Shown piece after piece: positions 10,109 through 17,790 of a stretch of 37,348 bases of DNA. The DNA is from an uncultured Cytophagia bacterium (GTDB lineage Bacteria; Zhuqueibacterota; Zhuqueibacteria; Residuimicrobiales; Krinioviventaceae): assembly GCA_964414825.1 (NCBI GenBank), contig CAYPZM010000005.1:1-37348 (forward strand). The letters run 5' to 3'. The position numbers were made by a program, and so were the translations under genes. Each line of letters begins with the position of its first letter. Position 1 is the stretch's first letter. A model generated the notes under the pieces. It was not told the origin of the DNA and ran no database searches. It saw nothing but the letters and a program-made list of their open reading frames with translations.

Positions 10109-10136
10109 ACACTGCCGAGAAACCTCTCGACAGTGT
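10109..10136 (-). terminator. Intercistronic hairpin after the porin gene (partial terminator or stability element)
   Basis: Minus strand ACACTGTCGAGA-GGTT-TCTCGGCAGTGT followed by CTCATTTTT. Confidence 0.55.
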
Positions 10137-10145
10137 TTAAAAAAC

Positions 10146-11201
10146 TTAGAACATATAGCCGACGCCCACGTTCAGCAGCGTTGTTTCGCTGTCGTCCAGT
10201 TGCCGCGCACGTACGCCGTAATCAAATTTAAAAACGACCTGGTCGATGGGTTTGACCGTGAGACCGAGCATCCATTTTTGATAATGATAGGCCTCCTCGG
10301 CATCTCCGCCCGTCATAGTCGAACTGGCAGTATTGTAATCAGTCCAGCGCACCCAGGGGATGATCTCGGTGGGCACATTCAACAGGGAACCGATATTGTA
10401 GCCGAGGTCAACATAATAGCCCATGGACGATTCGATTTCGTAATCATCAAACGAGATACTGCCGATTTCAAACGTGCTATAAATATGGTTCAAGTGATAT
10501 TGAGCATGAAACTCAAAAAGCGAAAGCCCGACAGGATCGGCATCTCCACGAACCGCATTGTTTTTCGTATAAGAAAATCCAAAGCGCGTACCAGGAAAAC
10601 CGGCATAATCCATTCGCAAAGCAAAAAGCAGCTCTTCGGCATTGGCTTTGTAGCCCTTGAGGCGTCCACCACGAATGCCAGAGCTGGCGCTGAATCCGTC
10701 GCCATTTAACCCTTCCATAATGGTCAAATTGTATTCGATATTGCTCACATATCCATACAGAGCTGCGCCATTACCAAACCACGTGGTCGGAATGATGACG
10801 CTGGCATATTCGGGCCGCTCGACGCTTAGAAATGTGGGCGGCTCGTGCGTGATATTAATGATGCCGACCGGCGCCAATACCACACCGGCGCGAAAGCCGA
10901 AATAGGAATTGGGATGAAAATCCACATAGGCCTGCTCCAGCTCCAGCTCACCCTGGCCGCTTTTTACAAAGTTGTGCTCCAGCTCCACTTCGGCGGCAAA
11001 CGACCACTTTGGCGTCCATTGGTGGCCATAGAACAAGACAAATCGATGAAAATCGAGTGTTTGGGTGTCTTGCGTTTGGTTCACATTATAATGCAATTCA
11101 CCATAGCCGCCAATGGACGATTGCGGCTCAAAAAAGTCATCCTGGGCCCAAAGCAGGCTTGCCAGAGATAGACAGAATACGGAAAGGAGTTTGATATTCA
11201 T
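10146..11201 (-). CDS. Outer-membrane beta-barrel porin (OprO/OprP-like)
   Basis: Signal peptide, IGGYGELHYN, DFHRFVLF, EVELEH, LEQAYVDF, HEPPTF, IIPTTW, terminal aromatic GVGYMF. Confidence 0.8.
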   Translation of the reverse strand: MNIKLLSVFCLSLASLLWAQDDFFEPQSSIGGYGELHYNVNQTQDTQTLDFHRFVLFYGHQWTPKWSFAAEVELEHNFVKSGQGELELEQAYVDFHPNSYFGFRAGVVLAPVGIINITHEPPTFLSVERPEYASVIIPTTWFGNGAALYGYVSNIEYNLTIMEGLNGDGFSASSGIRGGRLKGYKANAEELLFALRMDYAGFPGTRFGFSYTKNNAVRGDADPVGLSLFEFHAQYHLNHIYSTFEIGSISFDDYEIESSMGYYVDLGYNIGSLLNVPTEIIPWVRWTDYNTASSTMTGGDAEEAYHYQKWMLGLTVKPIDQVVFKFDYGVRARQLDDSETTLLNVGVGYMF

Positions 11202-11233
11202 AACTTCTCCAATACATTAAATGAATATAGTAG

Positions 11234-11262
11234 CGATAGAGTGACACCACATCAATCTATCG
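11234..11262 (-). promoter_or_regulatory. Hairpin between the RAPP ORF stop and the porin RBS
   Basis: Minus strand CGATAGA-T-TGAT-GTGGT-GTCA-C-TCTATCG, preceded by a pyrimidine-rich tract TTCCATTCCTAAACCATTC. Confidence 0.5.
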
Positions 11263-11283
11263 AATGGTTTAGGAATGGAAATT

Positions 11284-11652
11284 TTAAGATTTCGTGGTAG
11301 GAGGTGCGCGTGGACAGAGAATAAATGAACAAGCAGCGGAATTTTGTGCAGCGAGTCGTAATACAAGTCCAGCTAAAATTAGCAGGCTAAAAAGAATGGG
11401 GGAAACAAACGTGAGTATTTGCTCAATATGAGTAAAAAGATGAAAGGTTAGCAGTTCCAGCGAGGAATGCGAATGCTCGGCACCCCCACCACCTTCCGGC
11501 ATGGCGTGCGTGTGCACGATAATTATGCCATTTGGAAGCCGGTGCAAATGCGCATACATATAAACCAGCAGCAAGAAGGATAGTATGGAAGCCAGAACAA
11601 CAGCGGTGACCAGGCTGCAGGTTCGGTTATGTCGTTTTCTAAAACAAGGCAT
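11284..11652 (-). CDS. His-rich two-TM protein ending in RAPP; putative arrest/leader peptide, 122 aa
   Basis: ATG at 11652 with GAGGAG about 13 nt upstream, overlapping the regulator stop. Basic N-terminus, TM1, HLH..IVHTH..HSH loop, TM2, then CPRAPPTTKS*. The longer ORF-track call (11802) is an overlap extension. Confidence 0.75.
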   Translation of the reverse strand: MPCFRKRHNRTCSLVTAVVLASILSFLLLVYMYAHLHRLPNGIIIVHTHAMPEGGGGAEHSHSSLELLTFHLFTHIEQILTFVSPILFSLLILAGLVLRLAAQNSAACSFILCPRAPPTTKS

Positions 11653-12190
11653 TGGGAGAAAACAACTCCTCTTTTCCGGCAAAATAGCAAGCTTCTTCGC
11701 AGAAATCGCACGATTCATCGGCATGGTCGCAGTGATAAACATGGCGGATAAATTCATTACGAAATGTAACGGCTGCGGGATGTTGCGAGAGATATAATCC
11801 AATAAAGGAAAGCATTTTTGCGCTGGTTTCCTGGGTTAATAAATGTTCGATTTTGCAGGCATCGGCTTCGGCAATATTTGGAGGAAGACCGAGCACATCG
11901 GCAAAAAAGGTTTGCATGAGACGCCGTTTGCTGAGCACAGCATTTACCAGCTCGCGGCCGTGTGCCGAAAGGCGTAGGAATTTATTGGGATCTTCCAAAA
12001 TATAGCCTTTTTCCTTGAGCTTTTTCAAAGTGATGGAGACACTGCCGCGCGTGAGTTGCAGATAATTAGCCACGTCCACGGCGCGTGCATAGCCCTGTTC
12101 TTTGGTAAGCGTATGAATGGCCAAAAGATGATGCACCGAGCTGTGTTGCAGTTCGGCTTGATCAAATTGTTTCCACACGTCTTTAATCAT
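11639..12190 (-). CDS. DtxR/MntR family metal-dependent transcriptional regulator with Cys-rich C-terminal tail
   Basis: HTH YARAVDVANYLQLTRGSVSITLKKL and dimerisation motif FFADVLG...AEADACKIEH. Start taken at MIKDVW (12190), after AAGG. Confidence 0.9.
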   Translation of the reverse strand: MIKDVWKQFDQAELQHSSVHHLLAIHTLTKEQGYARAVDVANYLQLTRGSVSITLKKLKEKGYILEDPNKFLRLSAHGRELVNAVLSKRRLMQTFFADVLGLPPNIAEADACKIEHLLTQETSAKMLSFIGLYLSQHPAAVTFRNEFIRHVYHCDHADESCDFCEEACYFAGKEELFSPNALF

Positions 12191-12205
12191 TTTGTTGACC
12201 TTGCC

Positions 12206-12227
12206 TTTGTTATATATATCAAACAAA
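12206..12227. promoter_or_regulatory. Candidate autoregulatory operator TTTGTT-N10-AACAAA
   Basis: AT-rich inverted repeat 16 nt upstream of the DtxR-like start codon. Confidence 0.35.
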
Positions 12228-12411
12228 TTGAATATAGTACAAACAATACAAACAAGCAACACTTTTTATCTTGTCAAGTTCATTTGCTTTAAAATATAGA
12301 GGTGAGAAATGATTATTTATTTTAGATTTTAATTTGATTTTGATAAAAAATTGCTCTATAATAGTTTAAAATAAATTTAATATTGAATCCAAATACAGGA
12401 GGAAATAATTA

Positions 12412-12909
12412 ATGCATGAAAAGAGTATCGAACTATTGAACCGAGGCGTTGCAGACGAACTGGCAGCCGTACATCAATATATGTATTTTCATTTTCATTG
12501 TGATGACCAGGGTTACGATTTGCTGGCCGGACTGTTCAAACGAACGGCAATCGGCGAAATGCTGCACGTTGAAGAGCTTGCCGAGCGCATTCTGTTTTTA
12601 AAAGGCGAGGTGGAAATGGCGCCTTCGGCTGAAGTGAAGAAAATCCACGACGTCAAGGAAATGCTCGAAATGGCCGCGCAAATGGAAGAAGCCGCGCAAA
12701 AAGATTACAACGCCTGGGCCAATGAATGTGCAAAAAATGCAGATTCTGTTTCGAAAAAAATATTTGAAAGCCTGGTCGAGGATGAAGAAGGCCACTATGA
12801 CCAATTTGATAACGAGCTGGAAAACCTGAAAAAATTTGGTGATAATTTCCTCGCCCTGCAATCCATTGAACGCAGCAAAAACATGGCTTCCGGAACCGCG
12901 CAAGAATAA
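12412..12909 (+). CDS. bfr: Bacterioferritin
   Basis: ELAAVHQYM, EMLH (heme Met next to ferroxidase Glu), LAERILFLKG, EEGH. AGGAGG RBS. Confidence 0.9.
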   Translation: MHEKSIELLNRGVADELAAVHQYMYFHFHCDDQGYDLLAGLFKRTAIGEMLHVEELAERILFLKGEVEMAPSAEVKKIHDVKEMLEMAAQMEEAAQKDYNAWANECAKNADSVSKKIFESLVEDEEGHYDQFDNELENLKKFGDNFLALQSIERSKNMASGTAQE

Positions 12910-12931
12910 CAGTTGAGCCATTCCAAGTTGA

Positions 12932-12975
12932 GAAACTCATCTTTGGGGATATGCCAAGGATGAGTTTTTCTATTT
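12932..12975 (+). terminator. Intrinsic terminator after bfr
   Basis: AAACTCATCTTTGG-GGATATG-CCAAGGATGAGTTT followed by a T-rich tract. Confidence 0.7.
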
Positions 12976-13020
12976 CCCATCCTTTTCCCTTCCCCCTTTT
13001 TCTCTATTTAAAAAAAATGT

Positions 13021-13069
13021 TTGCATCTCAAATTAAATGTTTCTATTTTCTATATGTTTAAAGCATATA
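13021..13069 (+). promoter_or_regulatory. Sigma70-like promoter plus palindromic operator upstream of padR
   Basis: TTGCAT-N17-TATTTT (13021-13049), then TATATGT-TTAAA-GCATATA (13051-13069). Confidence 0.55.
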
Positions 13070-13083
13070 TAAGGCGACTTGAC

Positions 13084-13455
13084 ATGCCAAACAGACATAG
13101 ACAACGAAATTGCTCCTGTTTTAACGAACGCCGGCAACGCTGGGTCGAACCATCCATTTTGTACCTTTTGTGGGACGGTCCCAAACACGGCTACGAATTG
13201 ATGGCGTCTTTGCCGGAACTCGGATTTGTTCAGGGCGCAGCAGACCCCGGCGCTATTTATCGCACTTTGCGCGTAATGGAAGATAACGAACTGGTACACT
13301 CCGAATGGGACACCACTGGCACCGGCCCGGCAAAACGCACGTATACATTGACGGATGAGGGCCGCGAACACTTGTCCTGCTGGCGCGACGCCTTGAAGCA
13401 GCGCCGTGATTCATTAGATGCGTTTATTCGGCGCGTTGAAAAGATCATCACATAA
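13084..13455 (+). CDS. PadR family transcriptional regulator with N-terminal CxC
   Basis: EPSILYLL..PKHGYEL..DPGAIYRTLRVME..V.SEWD..GPAKRTY.LT..G. Start taken at MPNRHRQRNCSC. Confidence 0.9.
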   Translation: MPNRHRQRNCSCFNERRQRWVEPSILYLLWDGPKHGYELMASLPELGFVQGAADPGAIYRTLRVMEDNELVHSEWDTTGTGPAKRTYTLTDEGREHLSCWRDALKQRRDSLDAFIRRVEKIIT

Positions 13456-13468
13456 GAAGGAAAGAATC

Positions 13469-13828
13469 ATGAAACTTGCCATTAGCTGTAAAGAGCACTC
13501 TGAAGATGCGGATGTGGATCCACGATTTGGGCGAGCTCTCTACTTTTGTATTTATGATACGGATAGTGACGCCTTTGAATTTATCGACAACGCACAAAGC
13601 TTAAATTCGCCAAGTGGCGCTGGCGTGCAAGCGGCGCAGACCATACTAAATGCCGGTGTCTCCGCCTTGTTGACCGGCCATTGCGGCCCCAAAGCGTTTC
13701 GAGCGCTTGCCGCTGCCAATGTGCAAATTTATACAAATGTCGCCGGAACCGTGCAGGAGGCGGTTTCGGCGTTTAAAGATCATAAAGTAAAACTTGCCGA
13801 TGAAGCGGATGTGGAGGGGCATTGGTGA
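13469..13828 (+). CDS. NifB/NifX (MTH1175) family protein, orange protein (ORP)-like
   Basis: VDPRFGRA, SGAGVQAAQ, LLTGHCGPKAFRAL, C-terminal DVEGHW. AAGGA RBS. Confidence 0.9.
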   Translation: MKLAISCKEHSEDADVDPRFGRALYFCIYDTDSDAFEFIDNAQSLNSPSGAGVQAAQTILNAGVSALLTGHCGPKAFRALAAANVQIYTNVAGTVQEAVSAFKDHKVKLADEADVEGHW

Positions 13829-13830
13829 GC

Positions 13831-13909
13831 CGGGATACGAGGTACGGGATTGAATCATCAACAACGTAAAAAATCTCGAGTTACATATTCCAGTATCGAG
13901 CATCAAGTA
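13831..13909. repeat. Degenerate heptamer repeats in an intergenic spacer
   Basis: CGGGATA-CGAGGTA-CGGGATT (13831-13851) and TCCAGTA-TCGAGCA-TCAAGTA (13889-13909). Confidence 0.45.
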
Positions 13910-13928
13910 ATCTATTTTGGAGGTCTTT

Positions 13929-14129
13929 ATGCCTGGAGGCGACGGAACCGGACCAATCAACGATGGTGCCGGGAGTTGGAGACGCGGCCGCGGACGACGC
14001 GGAGTGGGGAGCACAGTCGAAACTTGCGTTTGTCCGAAATGCGGCCACGTTCAGGAGCATCTGAGAGGGAAGCCATGCACACAAACCGTTTGTTCGCAAT
14101 GCGGCGCTTTTATGACGCGGCAACGATAA
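13929..14129 (+). CDS. Small protein with DUF5320-like N-terminus (MPGGDGTGP), Arg/Gly linker and Cys-rich domain
   Basis: GGAGG RBS. Motif CVCPKCGH...H..GKPC....CSQCG. Confidence 0.8.
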   Translation: MPGGDGTGPINDGAGSWRRGRGRRGVGSTVETCVCPKCGHVQEHLRGKPCTQTVCSQCGAFMTRQR

Positions 14130-14166
14130 ACGGTTATCATCGGTTTAAATTCAATACGGAGTAAAC

Positions 14167-14361
14167 ATGCCGGCAAAACGGAAACACGTTATGGGCAGCG
14201 GCGGCAACTGCATCTGCCCGAAATGCGGCTATACCCAAGCGCACGAACGCGGTGTGCCATGCCAGGAGGAACGTTGTCCGCACTGCAATGTGCATTTGTT
14301 CCGTGAGAGTTCGGCCCATTTTCGACAATTACAGCAGAAAAAATCTCAGCACGAGGAGTAA
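14167..14361 (+). CDS. Small Cys-rich metal-binding protein
   Basis: GGAG RBS. GGNCICPKCG...HERGVPC....CPHC, the same motif as the preceding ORF. Confidence 0.82.
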   Translation: MPAKRKHVMGSGGNCICPKCGYTQAHERGVPCQEERCPHCNVHLFRESSAHFRQLQQKKSQHEE

Positions 14362-15083
14362 TGACCACGACACCAAAACGATTAAACCGCTCACAGATCA
14401 ATTTTATTATCGATATTATTTTGATGGTGGTGATGATGCTGGCCGCAGGCGTGGGATTGCTCATCAAATATGTGTTGCTGCCCGGATTTCAATGCAACAT
14501 CAAATACGGCCGAGATGTTGATTTGGCTTTTTGGGGGCTGGATCGGCATCAATGGGGTACGGTGCATCTGATTATAAGTTTGGTTTTAGTAGCGCTTGTT
14601 GCGCTGCACATTGTGTTGCATTGGCGGCAAATTAAATGTTTGTACAAAAATTTGGTTCGCGATCATCAAAAGCGCATCGTGCTCGCGTTCGGACTGCTGC
14701 TTGTTTGTGCGGTATTGGCAATTGGACCGTTGTTTATCAAACCGCAGGTCGTTGCGTCGGTCGGTCATGGCACTGGTCGATTGCACGAGTCAACGATTGA
14801 GCACGTCAGCCATATTTCCGACCGTCAAAGCACCCGTGTCGAGTCTGAAACAGAGCATCAGGTGCATGCTTCTCTCTCCAATGACATTCCGATTTACGGT
14901 TCTATGACGATAAGGGAGGTGGCTGCTCAATACAACGTTTCTGCGAAAGAGCTGGCGCAACACGTCGGCGTTCCCGAAACCGAACTCGACCAGCGTTTGG
15001 GGCGCTTGCGTCGACAGTACAGCTTTCAGATGAGTGAAATTAGAGCATACATTGAAAACCAACAGAACTCAAATCAACAATAA
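14361..15083 (+). CDS. DUF4405-family membrane protein with C-terminal soluble domain
   Basis: Three hydrophobic helices, GLDRHQWGTVHL..LHIVLHW, His-rich linker, C-terminal GSMTIREVA motif. TAATG coupling to the upstream ORF. Confidence 0.78.
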   Translation: MTTTPKRLNRSQINFIIDIILMVVMMLAAGVGLLIKYVLLPGFQCNIKYGRDVDLAFWGLDRHQWGTVHLIISLVLVALVALHIVLHWRQIKCLYKNLVRDHQKRIVLAFGLLLVCAVLAIGPLFIKPQVVASVGHGTGRLHESTIEHVSHISDRQSTRVESETEHQVHASLSNDIPIYGSMTIREVAAQYNVSAKELAQHVGVPETELDQRLGRLRRQYSFQMSEIRAYIENQQNSNQQ

Positions 15084-16028
15084 CCTGACGCATAATGTTT
15101 TTGGCCCGGTGCCCTCGCGACGATTGGGTCGCAGCATCGGCATCAACAACATTCCGCCAAAAATTTGCACCTACGGTTGCATCTACTGCCAGGTGGGGCG
15201 AACCACGCATTTCACGGTGCATCGCCAACCGTTTTATGAGCCAAATGAATTATTAGACTTGGTTCGCGAAAAGGTAAATTATTTCGAGTGGGCCGGCGAG
15301 AGTATTGATGCATTAACGATTGTGCCCGATGGTGAGCCGACACTCGACTCCCAACTGGGAGCGCTCATCCGTGGATTAAAAAACTTTAATATACCTGTGG
15401 CTGTGTCACCAATGCGTCACTGCTGTGGATGCCTTCGGTGCGCCACGATCTTTTGGCTGCTGATTGGGTGTCGCTTAAAATTGATGCGGTTTCCGAAACG
15501 TTGTGGAGAAAAATAAATCATCCAACGCAGGATTTGAGCTTGCAAACTGTACTCGAAGGCATGAATATATTTGCCAGCGAATTTGGTGGCACATTGGTGA
15601 CCGAAAGCATGTTTTTACAAGGCCTCAATGAACATATATCACACGTGCGAGTTCTGGCCGAGTTTATCGCACAGGTGAATCCCCGCATCGCATACATTGC
15701 GGTTCCCACTAGACCACCGGCCGTTGGGTCGATTCGGACGGCAGATAGTGAAGCCTTGACACGCATCTTTCACGTTTTTGCAACTGCCGGACTGAACGCT
15801 GAATATCTAATCGGTTATGAGGGAAATGCTTTTTCCTCCACGGGAGATGCGAAAAATGACCTGTTGAGTATAACCGCCGTACATCCCATGCGGCATGATG
15901 CGGTGGAAGCGCTGTTACACCGTAATAAAGCGTCATGGCGAGTTGTGGAAGACCTCGTGACCGAGAATCGTCTTTTAAAAATTGAATTTGATAACTTTGT
16001 ATACTATGCGAGACAGAGTCGGACATGA
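15034..16028 (+). pseudogene. Radical SAM protein (COG0731/TYW1-like) broken by a 1-nt deletion at about 15405/15406
   Basis: FGPVPSRRLG, CTYGCIYC and DGEPTL in frame 1. GTG-TC-ACC-AAT-GCG-TCA-CTG-CTG-TGG restores V-x-T-N-A-S-L-L-W if one base is added, continuing into the 15429..16028 frame. Start codon is uncertain. Confidence 0.8.
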
Positions 16029-16861
16029 TTGTTAGTATTGCCAGCGGCAAAGGCGGCACCGGGAAAACCACGATTGCGACCAATTTGGCGGCGGCGTTAT
16101 CGGATCGGCAGGTGCAGTTGCTCGACTGTGATGTCGAAGCGCCCAATAGCCATATTTTTTTAAAACCGGAAATCAATAAAACCGAAACGGTCAACATTCT
16201 GGTGCCGCATGTTGACGAAAACAAATGCACATTGTGCGGGCGCTGCTCCGAGGTATGTCAGTATCATGCCATCGGCGTGTTTGGCAAAAGTGTGTTGGTG
16301 TTTCCCGAACTCTGTCACGCTTGCGGTGGGTGCTCGCTTGCGTGTCCCGAAAATGCGATTAACAAAGTGCCGCATGCGGTGGGGGAATTGCAGTTGGGCC
16401 GCGCAAACGGTATCGAGTTTGTCACCGGACAGCTCAACATTGGCGAAGCCAAAGCCACACCGGTGATTTCTGCTGTTAAAAGTAATATTCGGTACAACAG
16501 GATTACCATTATTGATGCGCCACCGGGAACGTCATGTCCGGTGGTCGAGACGGTTCGAGGATCGGATTTTGTCTTGCTGGTCACCGAGCCCACACCGTTT
16601 GGCCTCAACGACCTCAAGCTGGCGGTCGAGGTAATGCGAAAATTAAAATTGCCGTTTGCCGTGATCTTGAATCGCGCCGATATGGGTGATGATGGGGTAG
16701 AACGATTTTGTGAGAAGCAACGAATTGACATCCTGTTGCGAATTCCACAACGACGAGACATTGCCGAGGCCTATTCCGGCGGCCAGTTGCTCATCGAGGC
16801 GTTGCCGGAATATCGCGAAATGTTTCGGACTCTTTATGCAGAACTTGAGGTGCGGGCATGA
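16025..16861 (+). CDS. MinD-superfamily P-loop ATPase with inserted 2x[4Fe-4S] ferredoxin domain (COG1149)
   Basis: ASGKGGTGKTT, DCDVEAPN, CTLCGRCSEVC, CHACGGCSLACP, DAPPGTSCP, VTEPTPFGLNDL. Confidence 0.92.
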   Translation: MIVSIASGKGGTGKTTIATNLAAALSDRQVQLLDCDVEAPNSHIFLKPEINKTETVNILVPHVDENKCTLCGRCSEVCQYHAIGVFGKSVLVFPELCHACGGCSLACPENAINKVPHAVGELQLGRANGIEFVTGQLNIGEAKATPVISAVKSNIRYNRITIIDAPPGTSCPVVETVRGSDFVLLVTEPTPFGLNDLKLAVEVMRKLKLPFAVILNRADMGDDGVERFCEKQRIDILLRIPQRRDIAEAYSGGQLLIEALPEYREMFRTLYAELEVRA

Positions 16862-17721
16862 AAGAATTGGTGACGATCAGCGGCAAAGGCGGAACCGGAA
16901 AAACCAGCGTGCTCGGCGCACTGGCGGCACAAGCACAAAATGCCGTACTGGCTGATTGTGACGTGGATGCCGCCAACCTGCACGTGCTGCTCAAACCCCG
17001 CATTCAACAAAAATCGGCGTTTTATGGCGGCAAAATCGCGCAAATTAGCGCGCCGTCTTGTATCTCCTGCGGCGTATGCCGGGAGGTTTGTCGATTTGAT
17101 GCCATCACTCCCGATTTCCAGGTGGATGAGATTGCCTGTGAAGGCTGCGGTGTGTGCGTATGGAAGTGTCCGGTCGATGCTATTTCGTTCACTCCGCACA
17201 AAAACGGCGACTGGTTCATTTCGCAAACCCGTTTTGGCGATATGGTACACGCAAAACTCGGCGTTGCCGAGGAAAATTCAGGAAAATTGGTTACATTGGT
17301 ACGCCAGGAGGCGAAAAAGCTGGCCGAAGAAAACCATCGCGATCTGCTGCTTGTGGATGGCCCGCCCGGCACTGGCTGTCCGGTTATTGCTGCCGTTGGC
17401 GGCGCTGATGCCGTGCTCATCGTTGTGGAGCCGACGCTTACGGCGATTCACGATATGCAGCGCGTGGTCAAGCTGGCACGTTTTTTTAATGTGCAACCGT
17501 TTGTGGTTATCAATAAAAGCGATTTAAATGACGAGCTCTCAACTCAAATTTGTGACTTTTGTGAAAAAGAACATTTGATGATTGTCGGCCGCATTCCGTA
17601 TGACCTGGCGATTGTGCGCGCTCAGCTCCAGGGCAAGACGATTTTTGAGGTTGCGGATGCCGCACTAAAGGAGCAGTTTGTTGAGTTGTGGAAAAATGTG
17701 CAGGTAGCTATTAGCGTTTAG
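16858..17721 (+). CDS. Second MinD-superfamily P-loop ATPase with inserted ferredoxin domain (COG1149)
   Basis: ISGKGGTGKTS, DCDVDAANL, CISCGVCREVC, CEGCGVCVWKCP, ENSGKLV, DGPPGTGCPVIA. ATGA overlap. Confidence 0.92.
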   Translation: MKELVTISGKGGTGKTSVLGALAAQAQNAVLADCDVDAANLHVLLKPRIQQKSAFYGGKIAQISAPSCISCGVCREVCRFDAITPDFQVDEIACEGCGVCVWKCPVDAISFTPHKNGDWFISQTRFGDMVHAKLGVAEENSGKLVTLVRQEAKKLAEENHRDLLLVDGPPGTGCPVIAAVGGADAVLIVVEPTLTAIHDMQRVVKLARFFNVQPFVVINKSDLNDELSTQICDFCEKEHLMIVGRIPYDLAIVRAQLQGKTIFEVADAALKEQFVELWKNVQVAISV

Positions 17722-17759
17722 CATTTAGCTAATAGCTAAATGCTGCAAGCTAGCAGCTA
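17705..17759 (+). repeat. Hairpin built from inverted heptamer repeats
   Basis: TAGCTAT-TAGCGTT-TAGCATT-TAGCT / AAT / AGCTAAA-TGCTGCA-AGCTAGC-AGCTA. About 23 of 26 positions pair on the + strand when G.U is allowed. Confidence 0.65.
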
Positions 17760-17790
17760 AATAGAAATCAAAAAACTTCAAGGAGACAAT

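Noticed and set aside
11653-11802. N-terminal extension of the RAPP ORF in the ORF track
   Set aside because: Lies inside the DtxR-like gene in another frame. The ATG at 11652 has an RBS and gives a sensible topology.
15395-15430. Programmed ribosomal frameshift in the radical SAM gene
   Set aside because: No slippery heptamer or homopolymer at the junction. A simple 1-nt deletion explains it.
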